A DNA stretch of 63,651 nt, filler included, from Lentisphaeria bacterium (GCA_041690595.1; 7 parts of 7 records of this genome joined end to end with filler, not necessarily neighbours in it); one strand, 5' to 3'. Shown: positions 20,749 through 30,811, counted from the first letter of the whole stretch. A program made the numbers and translations. The notes: a model not told the origin generated them from the sequence alone.

Positions 20749-21597
20749 ATGCCCCTCCCCACACCTTCCGTTCGCGCTGCACTCGACCTCACTGGCCGCG
20801 TCGCCGTCATCACCGGTGGCGCCGGACTCCTCGGCCGCCAGCACGCCGCCGCCATCGCCGAAATGGGCGGCACCCCCATCCTCCTCGACCTCAATGGCGA
20901 CCATGCCGCCGCCGCCGCCGAAGACATTCGTGCCACCTGGGACTGTGCCGCTGCCGGCCTTGCCTGCGATATCACCAACGAAGCCAGCATCCAGGATGCC
21001 GCCAGTCGCATCGAAGCCTCCCATGGCCACGTGCACATCCTCATCAACAACGCCGCCAACAATCCCAAGGTCGAGGATACCGGCAACGGTGGCGCCCACT
21101 GGTCCCACCTCGAGCAATTCCCCCTCCATGCCTGGCAGAGCGACCTTCAGGTCGGCCTTACCGGTGCCTTCCTCTGCGCCCGTGTCTTTGGCCCTCCCAT
21201 GGCCGCACGCGGCTCGGGCGTCATCCTCAATATCGCCTCCGATCTCGCCCTCATCGGCCCCGATCAGCGCATCTACCGCCAGCCCGGGCTCCCCGACGAG
21301 CAGCAGATGGTCAAGCCCGTCACCTATTCCGTCGTCAAGGCAGGCCTCATCGGCCTCACCCGCTACCTTGCCACCTACTGGGCCGACGCCAACGTCCGCT
21401 GCAACGCCATCTGCCCCGGCGGCGTCGCCAACCATCAGGATCCCGACTTCGTTCACCGCCTCGCCAATCTCATTCCCCTCGGCCGTATGGCCCGCCCCGA
21501 CGAGTATCGAGCCGCCATCGCCTTCCTCGTCTCCGACGCCTCCTCCTACATGACCGGCGCCATCATCTCCGTCGACGGCGGCCGGACCGCCTGGTAG
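20749..21597 (+). CDS. SDR oxidoreductase, PtmA-like (nonulosonic acid pathway)
   Basis: TGGAGLLG, INNAANNP, YSVVK; true start 20749 (upstream extension overlaps the ligase gene). Confidence 0.8.
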   Translation: MPLPTPSVRAALDLTGRVAVITGGAGLLGRQHAAAIAEMGGTPILLDLNGDHAAAAAEDIRATWDCAAAGLACDITNEASIQDAASRIEASHGHVHILINNAANNPKVEDTGNGGAHWSHLEQFPLHAWQSDLQVGLTGAFLCARVFGPPMAARGSGVILNIASDLALIGPDQRIYRQPGLPDEQQMVKPVTYSVVKAGLIGLTRYLATYWADANVRCNAICPGGVANHQDPDFVHRLANLIPLGRMARPDEYRAAIAFLVSDASSYMTGAIISVDGGRTAW

Positions 21598-21793
21598 GCG
21601 TCCCCACGAACTCCAATACCCTCCCCAAACGGCACCAGACTTTTTTTCCGCCCTCAATTGAAACACGCCCGCACCTTCTATACTATGTGACAGGAATCCC
21701 GGCAGCCCACCTGCCCCTCTTCCTCGAACGCGACTGCCCACAATCCCCAAGCGACCGGCATCGCCGACACCTTGCCAAAGAAGAACTCCCTGC

Positions 21794-22948
21794 ATGAGCC
21801 AACCCGCCTACATCCCTCTCTCCGTCCCCTGCCTTCAGGGGAATGAAGAACGCTACGTCACCGACTGCATCCGCACCAACTGGATCTCCTCCGTGGGCAG
21901 TTACGTCGACCGTTTCGAAGCCGCCTTCGCCGAGTATGTGGGCGCTCCCCATGCCGTCGCCGTGGTCAATGGCACCGCCGCTCTTCACCTCTCGCTCCTC
22001 ACTGCCGGCGTCGAGCGGGGCGACCTCGTCGCCGTCCCCGCCGTGACCTTCATTGCCCCCGTCAACGCCATCCGCTATGTCGGCGCCGACCCCCTCTTCG
22101 TCGATCTGGATCCGGTCACCCTCGGTTTCGATCCCGCCTCCTTCGAGAGCTGGCTGACTGCCGAATGCGAGCTGCGGGATGGCTGCTGCCGCCATCGCGC
22201 CACTGGCCGTTGCCTGCGCGCCATCATCCCCGTTCACCTCTATGGCCACAGTTGCGCCATGGACGATCTTCAGGCCCTCGCCGAGCGCTGGCGCCTCATC
22301 CTTATCGAAGATGCCGCCGAAGGGATCGGTTGCCGCTACCGCGACCGCCACGTCGGTACCTTCGGCCGCACCGGCTGCTTCAGCTTCAATGGCAACAAGA
22401 TCCTCACTACCGGTGGCGGCGGCATGATCGTCACCAGCGATGAAGCCCTCGCCCGACGCGTCCGCCACCTGTCGACCCAGGCAAAGTCCGACCCCGTCCT
22501 CTATGTCCACGACGAAGTCGGCTACAACTACCGCCTCACCAACATTCTCGCCGCCGTCGGGGTCGCCCAACTCGAACAGCTTCCCACCATGCTCGCTCGC
22601 AAAGCCCAGATCCACCATCGCTATGAGGCCGCCTTTGCCGCTCTGCCCGGCGCCCGTCTCATCACCCCCCTGCCCACCGCCACCTGCAACTACTGGATGG
22701 CCCTCCTCCAAGTACCACCCTCCCGCCTCCAGCCCCTCGCCGATCACATCGCCGCCGCCCGCATCCAGGCCCGCCCCATCTGGGGCCTCAACCACCTCCA
22801 TCCCATGTACGCCGACTGCCTCACCACCACCCTGACGAACTCCCAGCGCTTTGTCGACGAAACCCTCTGTCTCCCATGCCACCAAGGCATGAGCGACGAC
22901 GACGTGCAGCGCGTCATCGACGCCGTCACCCGATTCTTCGCCCCATAA
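21794..22948 (+). CDS. legC: DegT/DnrJ PLP aminotransferase, LegC-like
   Basis: NGTAALH, EDAAE, SFNGNKILTTGGGG, GYNYRL. Confidence 0.8.
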   Translation: MSQPAYIPLSVPCLQGNEERYVTDCIRTNWISSVGSYVDRFEAAFAEYVGAPHAVAVVNGTAALHLSLLTAGVERGDLVAVPAVTFIAPVNAIRYVGADPLFVDLDPVTLGFDPASFESWLTAECELRDGCCRHRATGRCLRAIIPVHLYGHSCAMDDLQALAERWRLILIEDAAEGIGCRYRDRHVGTFGRTGCFSFNGNKILTTGGGGMIVTSDEALARRVRHLSTQAKSDPVLYVHDEVGYNYRLTNILAAVGVAQLEQLPTMLARKAQIHHRYEAAFAALPGARLITPLPTATCNYWMALLQVPPSRLQPLADHIAAARIQARPIWGLNHLHPMYADCLTTTLTNSQRFVDETLCLPCHQGMSDDDVQRVIDAVTRFFAP

Positions 22949-22985
22949 TCCCATCGTTGCACCCTCCATCACCTTCCCCTCCCAG

Positions 22986-23477
22986 AAAACCTCGGTCGAA
23001 AGCTCGGTCCAGAAGTTCCCCCTCCTGGGCACGCCACTCGCCTGAGTGGCACTTTTGCGCTTCGCTCCACCCCAAAACCTCGATCGAAAGCTCGGTCCAA
23101 AAGCTCTCCTCGCTCCCCCTGGGCACGCCACTCGCCTGAGTGGCACTCTTGCGCTTCGCTCCACCCCAAAACCTCGGTCGAAAGCTCGGTCCATAAGTCG
23201 CCCCTTCCCAAACTCCATCACTCCTCCCGCGCCCCCTGGGCACGCCACTCGCCTGAGTGGCACTCTTGCGCTTCGCTCCACCCCAAAACCTCGGTCGAAA
23301 GCTCGGTCCAAAAGTTCCCCCTCCTGGGCACGCCACTCGCCTGAGTGGCACCGGCGTTGGACGTCGCCCCTCCCCAATCTCCATCACTCCTCCCGCGCCC
23401 CCTGGGCACGCCACTCGCCTGAGTGGCACCGGCGTTGGACGTTGCTCCTTCCCAAACTCCATCACTCCTCCCGCGCC
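22986..23477. repeat. Mosaic REP-like palindromic repeat cluster
   Basis: Five copies of CCTGGGCACGCCACTCGCCTGAGTGGCAC (23024, 23118, 23235, 23323, 23401) interleaved with four near-identical AAAACCTCGGTCGAAAGCTCGGTCC. Confidence 0.9.
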
Positions 23478-23577
23478 NNNNNNNNNNNNNNNNNNNNNNN
23501 NNNNNNNNNNNNNNNNNNNNNTTAATTAATTAANNNNNNNNNNNNNNNNNNNNNNNNNNNNNNNNNNNNNNNNNNNN
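23478..23577. other. Artificial contig spacer
   Basis: N-run + TTAATTAATTAA. Confidence 0.99.
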
Positions 23578-23932
23578 GGGCGCCAACGACGGCCTGCGCG
23601 GCCTGCCGCTCGACCGGGTGGAGGCCAACCTGCAGCGGCTGATCGACCTGGCCTGCGAAGACGGCGCGCGGGTGGTACTGCTCGGCATCATGCTGCCCAC
23701 CAACTACGGCCCGGCCTATGCCGAGCCCTTCCGCGAAATGTTCACCCGCCTGGCCGAGGCGAACGATCTGCCCGCCCTGCCGTTCCTCCTCGAGGGCGTC
23801 GCCACCGAGCGCGAGCTGATGATGGACGACGGCTTGCACCCGAATGCCGAGGGACAGAAGCGGGTGCTGGAGAATGTCTGGAGCGTGGTGGCGCCGTTGT
23901 GGGGGCTGGATGATGCGGAGAGATCCGAGTGA
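23578..23932 (+). CDS. tesA: Arylesterase / acyl-CoA thioesterase I (SGNH hydrolase), 5' truncated
   Basis: GANDGLRG, LPTNYG, DGLHPN. Confidence 0.85.
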
Positions 23933-24094
23933 GCGCACTTCACGGACCGCATATTTGTTCCCCTGCCAGCCTATACGGCGGGGCCTTATGCGGCCCATCC
24001 GCCGCTTAAGGCATTATCCTGCGGATGCGCCGCATAACACACCTGAAGGGAGTCTTGATAGCGGGCTCAACAGGTTGGTTTGTAGTCATAAGCA

Positions 24095-24157
24095 GGCCGA
24101 GCCCACGTTGGTCACAGGATCTTATGCGACGCTTAGGGCGCCCATTTGTAGTTAGAA
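24095..24157 (+). other. Probable attI-like site at the start of a cassette array
   Basis: GTTAGAA at 24151-24157 is complementary to TTCTAAC of the next attC; no attC hairpin directly upstream; left boundary approximate. Confidence 0.45.
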
Positions 24158-24174
24158 ATTAAAAGGAGGTATCC

Positions 24175-24402
24175 ATGTCATTTGAAAAACGTATTACCGC
24201 AGACTTAGTTAGAATCGCAGCCGCTGGTGGTGGCTTCCGATTGGAGTCGGGCTCTCGTACAACTGCCGATCTGGTTCGGGTTGCTGCAGCAGCAGCGACC
24301 AGTGGTGCGAGATTGACTTTCTCCGGTTTGGGAACTCGCACTACGGCTGACCTTGTCAGGATTGGTGCTGCTGGCAAGGGGGCCGTTGTTATGGAAGATT
24401 AA
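24175..24402 (+). CDS. 75-aa cassette protein with three R-x-TADLVR repeats
   Basis: AAGGAGG RBS; fills the space between the core site and attC. Confidence 0.85.
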   Translation: MSFEKRITADLVRIAAAGGGFRLESGSRTTADLVRVAAAAATSGARLTFSGLGTRTTADLVRIGAAGKGAVVMED

Positions 24403-24406
24403 TGCT

Positions 24407-24467
24407 TTCTAACAATCGCATGCAGTTGGACGCAGCAAAACCGCGCCGCTGATGCGAGGCGTTATGT
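24407..24467 (+). mobile_element. Integron attC site
   Basis: TTCTAAC...GCATGCAG...CTGATGC...GTTATGT, 61 bp, with an extrahelical base in the L box. Confidence 0.85.
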
Positions 24468-24521
24468 GCAAAGGCGTACCACCCCGCCTTGCTGTAATCC
24501 AAGAATAAATGAAGGGCTTTA

Positions 24522-26306
24522 ATGCATCGCCTCAGTCACCTGCGGATCAAGAATTTTCGCGCTTGCAAAGATGTTTCGTTGCCGCTGGAGGGCTATACCC
24601 CCTTGGTTGGGCAGAACAACACCGGCAAATCTTCCATTCTTCAAGCCATCAGTTGGGTCCTGAAGCCCGCAGCGCTTTCGGTAAAGGATTTCCATGATCC
24701 GGACCAGCCGGTGGAAGTGGTTGCGTGCATTGATGGCATTGCCGATGAGGTTCTTGGCCGAATTCCGGAACAGAAACATCGCAAGGCGATAACACCCTTT
24801 TGCCGTGATGGTCGCCTTTGGATTCGTGTCTCAGCAACGGGAACTACTGCCAAGACACTGAGCAAGGAAGTGTGGGATATCGAGCAATGTCCGGAGAATG
24901 GTGAGCCGGAACATTGGCGCGATTACCCAACCGGTCTCCCGCAAGCCGTTTCGGTTCTGCTGCCCGAGCCATTGCTTGTCCAGGCCATGCACGACATCGG
25001 TGAGGATTTGGGCAAGGCCAAGGCCGGAACCACGATCAAGAGCCTGCTAGATGAGATCATGGGACCGTTGCTCGAGGCCCATGCGGAGCTGAACACCGCT
25101 CTTGACACCATCCGTCACGTCCTGACGGCTGATGGCGATCACCGCTCTGACCACCTGCAGCAGTTTGATACCGATGCCAGTGGTGCGCTGGAGCACTTCT
25201 TTCCGGGGCTGGCGTTGGACCTGGATTTGCAGGTCGTTGATGTCAAGGAGTTCTTCAAGGCCGGTGACCTGCATGTCACGGACAAGACCACGGGCGACCG
25301 GCGCCGATTTGATCAGATGGGCACAGGCGCCCAGCGGTCCATCCAGATGGCTTTGATTCGCTATTTGGCGGAAACGCGTCGCGGCGAAGACGACAGCCCT
25401 TCACGCCGGTTGTTGTTGATTGACGAACCGGAATTGTACCTGCACCCGCAAGGGGTGCGGCGGTTGCGGCAGGCGCTGGCCAGCCTAGCTCAGGCAGGGT
25501 TTCAAGTAGTCTTTTCCACTCATTCGCCGCTGATGCTCAGCCGGGACAATGCCGCCGATACGGTGATTGTGGGCAAAAGCGCGGAAGAAGGCGTCACCGC
25601 CCGGAAACCCCTGCGCCAAGCTGTGGACGACGCCATTGACGGGGCCGAAAGCCAGTCCCGCGCCCTTTTCGAACTGAGCAACCTCGCCGAGATCTATTTC
25701 GCCGAGCGGGTGGTGCTCTGCGAGGGTAAAACGGATCGCCGCCTGCTGCCACTGGCCTACGATCGGCTTTACGGGCAGCCACCGGAGCTGGACCATATCG
25801 CCTTTGTGTCGCTGGGTTCTTGCGCGGACATTCCCAAGGCCCTACCGGTGCTGGCGGCCATGGGCATTCGCGCCTGCGCGGTTGCCGATCTGGACTTTGC
25901 CTACACCCACGCCCGCAAGGGCGGATTGCTGGACCGGGAGGCCGCGGACATGGCCGAGGCCAAGCGTGTACTGGCACGCTTGCAGCCCGACCACGGCTTC
26001 ACCCTCAACGGAAACGGTCTGCCCCAGAACAACCAACAGACTGGTTGGCTGGCCGCCGATGCCTGGGCCTGCTTCGCAACGGACGGAGAAGGCAAGGCAG
26101 TGGCCGAGGGTAGCCACGAAGCGCTGAGACAGGCCGGCGTCTGGGTTTGGCCGCAAGGCTGCATCGAGCAGGTGACCGGTGCCGACGACAAGGGCGAAGA
26201 CGCCATTATCGAACAGGAACAGCGGTTGCGTGACATGAGCGCGGCCGAAATCGAACAAGAGATGCCCGCCTTCAAGGCGTGCTTTGACTGGATCAGGAGT
26301 ATTTAA
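24522..26306 (+). CDS. OLD-family ATP-dependent nuclease (ABC ATPase + TOPRIM)
   Basis: GQNNTGKS, LLIDEPELYLHP, STHSP, LCEGKTD, ADLD. Confidence 0.9.
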   Translation: MHRLSHLRIKNFRACKDVSLPLEGYTPLVGQNNTGKSSILQAISWVLKPAALSVKDFHDPDQPVEVVACIDGIADEVLGRIPEQKHRKAITPFCRDGRLWIRVSATGTTAKTLSKEVWDIEQCPENGEPEHWRDYPTGLPQAVSVLLPEPLLVQAMHDIGEDLGKAKAGTTIKSLLDEIMGPLLEAHAELNTALDTIRHVLTADGDHRSDHLQQFDTDASGALEHFFPGLALDLDLQVVDVKEFFKAGDLHVTDKTTGDRRRFDQMGTGAQRSIQMALIRYLAETRRGEDDSPSRRLLLIDEPELYLHPQGVRRLRQALASLAQAGFQVVFSTHSPLMLSRDNAADTVIVGKSAEEGVTARKPLRQAVDDAIDGAESQSRALFELSNLAEIYFAERVVLCEGKTDRRLLPLAYDRLYGQPPELDHIAFVSLGSCADIPKALPVLAAMGIRACAVADLDFAYTHARKGGLLDREAADMAEAKRVLARLQPDHGFTLNGNGLPQNNQQTGWLAADAWACFATDGEGKAVAEGSHEALRQAGVWVWPQGCIEQVTGADDKGEDAIIEQEQRLRDMSAAEIEQEMPAFKACFDWIRSI

Positions 26307-28138
26307 TGCCGACGCTGGAGTTCAAGGGCAAGCAGTTTGTCTATTCCCACCACCTCGGGGTGCCATTTCGCGAATTGCAGGTGGTGCCGGACAAGTCCCT
26401 GCCCGCCAAGGGGCGGAAGCCTACGCTGGACGACAACCTGATTATCCACGGCGATAACCTGGAAGCCCTCAAGGCGCTTCTGCCCACCCACGCCGGTAAA
26501 GTGGACTGCATCTTTATCGACCCGCCCTACAACACAGGCAACGAGGGCTGGTGCTACAACGACAATGTGCGCTCGCCGCTGATGAAAGAATGGCTAAAGA
26601 AATCGGCCAACCCAGTGGACAAGGAAGACCTGGAACGGCATGACAAGTGGTTATGCATGATGTGGCCGCGCATCAACTTATTGAGAGAGTTGTTATCTGA
26701 GGATGGCAGCATTTGGATGACGTTGGATGATAATGAAATCCACAGAGCACGCGCACTTTTTGACGAGATTTTCGGAGAGGAGCACTTTATATGCTGCGCC
26801 GCGTGGGAGAAAACCTACACACCGAAGAGTAATGGAAGGGTAATAAGCACGGATCATGACTATGTTCTTGCGTATTGTAAGACAGAGGCATTCATCGACC
26901 ACGGATGGAACTACTTGGACCGAAATGAGGAACAAAAAAGTAGATTTAAAAATACTGACAATGATCCTAACGGGCCTTGGCGCACATATCCTCTTGACGT
27001 TCGAACTGAGAACAACGAAAGACGTGAAAAATATCGCTACCCGGTGACGCTCCCGTCAGGCCGGGTTGTTCGTCCTGCAAAGGGACGGCATTGGGCGTTG
27101 CCTGAACAAGAATTTGAGAAGCAACGAAAACGGGGGGAGATTTACTTCGGAAAAACTGGCGATGCGATGCCGACAAAAAAAGTCTATCTCGATAAGGACG
27201 AGGATAAAGGTGTTATAGCGCGCACATGGTGGGAATATCAGCAAGTCAAGGGTAATCAAGATGCTAAAAAACAACTCCTTGCGATAATGGGGGATGGCAG
27301 TGACTTCATTACACCGAAGCCATACCAGCTTGTTGAAAGAGTGCTTGAGATTGCAGCGGATCCAGATTCTTTGATCTTAGATTCATTTGCTGGGTCTGGG
27401 ACAACTGCCCATGCTGTGCTAGAAGCCAATAAAAAAGACAACGGCAACCGTCGCTTCATCTTGGTTGAGTGCGAGGACTACGCCGAAACCCTCACCGCTG
27501 AGCGAGTGCGCCGGGTCATCAAGGGCTACCCCTACACCGGCACCCAGCGTGAGGAGCTGCACCGGGAAAACATCACCTGGAGCGCCTTCGAGAAAAAGCA
27601 GGCCAAGATTCTGGAACATATCGCCTCTATCGAAAACCTGCACGGTCACGAATACGACAAGATCAAGAAGCAGATCAAGGATGGCGTGCTCACCGTGACC
27701 GGTGAGCGCAAGGTGGAGAAAACCGCGCCGGGGCTGGGGGGCAGTTTCACCTACTGCACCCTGGGCGATCCCATCGACATTGAAAGCCTGCTGACCGGCA
27801 AGGGGCTGCCGAGCTTTGAGGCGCTGGCCCGCTATGTGTTCTACACCGCCACCGGACAGTCGCTGGAGAAGGTCGGCAAGCCCGCACCTGATGGCTTTAT
27901 CGGCGAGACCGAGTTGTTCCGGGTACACCTGTTCTACCAGCCGGAAAAGGAATGGTTGCGCTCCAATGACGCCGCGCTGAATGCAGAGCGGGTGGCGGCC
28001 ATTGAAAAGGGCAACCAGAGCAGCAAGCGCGCCATTGTCTTTGCTGTCGCCAAGTTCATGAGCCAGAAGGAGTTGACCGCTCGGCGCATCGAGTTCTGCC
28101 AGTTGCCTTATGCCGTCCACCGGATTCTGGGGGATTGA
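26306..28138 (+). CDS. mod: Type III R-M DNA methyltransferase
   Basis: HGDNLEALK, DPPY, TPKP, LDSFAGSGTT (beta-class order); TAATG coupling to the OLD gene. Confidence 0.92.
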   Translation: MPTLEFKGKQFVYSHHLGVPFRELQVVPDKSLPAKGRKPTLDDNLIIHGDNLEALKALLPTHAGKVDCIFIDPPYNTGNEGWCYNDNVRSPLMKEWLKKSANPVDKEDLERHDKWLCMMWPRINLLRELLSEDGSIWMTLDDNEIHRARALFDEIFGEEHFICCAAWEKTYTPKSNGRVISTDHDYVLAYCKTEAFIDHGWNYLDRNEEQKSRFKNTDNDPNGPWRTYPLDVRTENNERREKYRYPVTLPSGRVVRPAKGRHWALPEQEFEKQRKRGEIYFGKTGDAMPTKKVYLDKDEDKGVIARTWWEYQQVKGNQDAKKQLLAIMGDGSDFITPKPYQLVERVLEIAADPDSLILDSFAGSGTTAHAVLEANKKDNGNRRFILVECEDYAETLTAERVRRVIKGYPYTGTQREELHRENITWSAFEKKQAKILEHIASIENLHGHEYDKIKKQIKDGVLTVTGERKVEKTAPGLGGSFTYCTLGDPIDIESLLTGKGLPSFEALARYVFYTATGQSLEKVGKPAPDGFIGETELFRVHLFYQPEKEWLRSNDAALNAERVAAIEKGNQSSKRAIVFAVAKFMSQKELTARRIEFCQLPYAVHRILGD

Positions 28139-28140
28139 GC

Positions 28141-30795
28141 ATGGAGCTGAAGGAATACCAGCAAGGCGTGCTGAGCAAGCTGGACCGCTACCTCACTGTG
28201 CTGGCCGAGCAGCGCGAGCGTGCGGGACGCATTTTGGCCTTCCTCAAAGAGGAAGGTGATGATAAAGCCACGCTGAGTGACTACTGCCGGGAAGCCTGGG
28301 ATCAGCTCAACACAGAGCGGCTGCTGCCGTACCTGTACCAGAACGGCAATCCCGTGATCGCGCCTCACTTGTCGCGCCAAGATGGCCTGGGGCAGTCGAT
28401 CCCCAATATCTGCTTCAAGGTGCCCACCGGCGGCGGCAAGACGTTGCTGGCCACGGCAGCGCTGGAGCGGGTGCAGACGGATTATTTCAAGCGCCAGACT
28501 GGGCTGGTGCTGTGGGTGGTGCCCTCCGAGGCGATCTACCGGCAAACCTGGAAACAACTGGCCAACCGCGAACACCCCTATCGGCAGATGCTGGAGCGCG
28601 CCTCTGGCGGGCGGGTGAAACTGCTGGAAAAGGGCGATGCCTTTACCCGCCGGGATGTGGAAGACCAGTTGTGTGTGATGCTACTGATGCTGCCCTCGGC
28701 GGCGCGCAGGTCCAAGGAAACACTGCGCCTGTTTCGCGACAGTGGCCGCTTTACCTCCTTCTTCCCGGTGGAAGACGACAGCGAGGCCAATCGGGGATTG
28801 CTCGATCAAGTACCGAACCTGGATCAGAACGATCTGGCGGATATGGGCTTTGCCGAGGGCATTGTGCCAAATTCGATTTCCGTCAAGCAGAGCCTGGGCA
28901 ATGTGCTGCGGCTGGTGCGCCCCGTGGTGGTGATCGATGAGGGCCACAAGGCTTATTCGGACACCGCCCGGGATACCCTGGCCGGGTTCAACCCGCGATT
29001 CATCCTGGAATTGTCCGCGACGCCCAACACCAACAACAAACACCAGTCCAATGTGCTGGTGAATGTGCCCGGGGCGGACCTCAAGGACGAGGAGATGATC
29101 AAGCTGCCCATCAATGTGGTCAACGAGGGCAAGGGCGGCTGGAAGCACACCCTGACGCTGGCACATGCCAAGCAACAGGATCTGGAGCAGGCGGCGCTGG
29201 CGTTCCAGAACGAGACCGGGCGGTATATCCGCCCCATCGTTCTGATTCGTGTGGAGCGTACCGGCAAGGAGCAGCGCGACGCCGGGCTGGTGCATGCCGA
29301 AGACGCCAGGGAGTATCTGCGCGATCAGTTGGGCGTGAAGGAAGAGCATATCCGCCTGAAGACCTCCAGTGACGACGAGCTGGCCGACGAAGACCTGTTA
29401 TCTTCCACCTCGCCGGTGCGCTTTATCATCACCAAGGACGCCCTGCGCGAAGGCTGGGATTGCCCCTTCGCCTATGCCCTGGCGGTGCTGTCACGCACCA
29501 CAGCCACAACGGCGCTGACACAGATGATTGGCCGGGTATTGCGCCAGCCCTATGCCCAGACAACTGGCGTGGCCGCGCTGGACGAGTGCTATGTGTTCAC
29601 TTTTGATCAGGATGTGACCGCGGCGGTCAATGGGGTGCGAAAGGGGCTGGAGGATGAAGGCATGGCCGATCTGGCCTCCAGTGTGAAATCCGTGGACCCG
29701 GGCAGCGGTCAGGCACAGAACATGCGCCGCGAGACTATTCACCGGCGGGATAAATTCGCCGGCTTGCCTCCTGTCTTCCTGCCGCGTGTATTGCACCGGG
29801 ATCCCAATGCGTCTGAGGGCTATCGCCCATTGGATTACGACCGTGATGTGCTGGGCGCATTGGACTGGGAGGCATTGCAGTTTCTGGGGGCGGACAAGGC
29901 CGCCATGGACGACGACAAGCTGCAACGCACCGTGGCGCGCGTCACCCTGGACCGCAAGGCCAAGGAGACCGGCCAGACGGTGATCGAACTCGAGCAAGAG
30001 GCCGTCGATGCCTTGCCCGAGGAAGGGCTGGACGCGCCTTATCTGGTGCGCCAGTTACTCGATGTGGTGCCCAACCCCTGGCAAGGGATGCGCCTGTTGG
30101 ACGAAACCCTGGCCGCCCTGCGGGGCAAAGGCGTGACCGATGAGCAGATTTATGTGAACCGGCTGGATCTGGTGCAGACCATGAAGGCCGACCTGCGCGA
30201 GCAGGTCAACGCCATGGCTGAAAGCCTGTTTCGAGAAAAGCTCGATAGTGGGGAAATCGCCCTGCGGCTGGTGGCCTCCAATGACCCGGCATTGAACTGG
30301 AAAATTGCCGAGACCCTGGAAATCGATGTATCCGATGTGGACCCCCTGCTTTACCGCAAGAACGGCGAGCCGCTGGAGAAAAGCCTGTTCGAGAAGGTGT
30401 ACCAAAAGGAATTCAACGACCTGGAGAAGAATACCGCTTGGTATCTGGATGAAAGTCAGTGTGTCTATTGGTGGCACCGAATTGCTGTCAATCAGCGCTC
30501 TTACGGCTTGCAGGGCTGGCAGCGCCACCGTGTGTATCCTGACCTGCTAGCTTGCGTGCATGGTGTCGAGGAAGACAAGTTCCGTTTCTCGGTACTGGAA
30601 ACCAAGGGCGACCACCTCAAAGGCAACGACGATACCGAGTACAAGCGCAAGCTGTTCGAACTGTTTACCCGCTACGCCGATGTGACGGCCTCCATTGGCC
30701 AACTCGCGCTTGAGGACCAGGACGAACCCATGCGGTTCCGAATGGTGATGGAAAAGGATTGGAAGCAGGCGCTGGTGGATGAAGGTATCCGGTAA
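28141..30795 (+). CDS. res: Type III R-M restriction subunit (SF2 helicase + PD-(D/E)xK nuclease)
   Basis: VPTGGGKT, IDEGH, LSAT, EGWDCP, QMIGRVLR, YPD...LETKG. Confidence 0.9.
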   Translation: MELKEYQQGVLSKLDRYLTVLAEQRERAGRILAFLKEEGDDKATLSDYCREAWDQLNTERLLPYLYQNGNPVIAPHLSRQDGLGQSIPNICFKVPTGGGKTLLATAALERVQTDYFKRQTGLVLWVVPSEAIYRQTWKQLANREHPYRQMLERASGGRVKLLEKGDAFTRRDVEDQLCVMLLMLPSAARRSKETLRLFRDSGRFTSFFPVEDDSEANRGLLDQVPNLDQNDLADMGFAEGIVPNSISVKQSLGNVLRLVRPVVVIDEGHKAYSDTARDTLAGFNPRFILELSATPNTNNKHQSNVLVNVPGADLKDEEMIKLPINVVNEGKGGWKHTLTLAHAKQQDLEQAALAFQNETGRYIRPIVLIRVERTGKEQRDAGLVHAEDAREYLRDQLGVKEEHIRLKTSSDDELADEDLLSSTSPVRFIITKDALREGWDCPFAYALAVLSRTTATTALTQMIGRVLRQPYAQTTGVAALDECYVFTFDQDVTAAVNGVRKGLEDEGMADLASSVKSVDPGSGQAQNMRRETIHRRDKFAGLPPVFLPRVLHRDPNASEGYRPLDYDRDVLGALDWEALQFLGADKAAMDDDKLQRTVARVTLDRKAKETGQTVIELEQEAVDALPEEGLDAPYLVRQLLDVVPNPWQGMRLLDETLAALRGKGVTDEQIYVNRLDLVQTMKADLREQVNAMAESLFREKLDSGEIALRLVASNDPALNWKIAETLEIDVSDVDPLLYRKNGEPLEKSLFEKVYQKEFNDLEKNTAWYLDESQCVYWWHRIAVNQRSYGLQGWQRHRVYPDLLACVHGVEEDKFRFSVLETKGDHLKGNDDTEYKRKLFELFTRYADVTASIGQLALEDQDEPMRFRMVMEKDWKQALVDEGIR

Positions 30796-30811
30796 GCAGG
30801 GAGCAATATGT

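Noticed and set aside
22986..23477. CRISPR array (29-bp palindromic repeat)
   Set aside because: Intervening sequences reuse the same blocks and vary from about 49 to 88 bp; no cas genes
23933..24150. intI remnant or extra attC upstream of the contig 3 array
   Set aside because: GCATAAC and TTATGCG motifs occur, but arm spacing does not fit attC and no convincing integrase frame is seen
24522..26306. Calling this OLD gene gajA
   Set aside because: No adjacent UvrD helicase; its partners are mod and res
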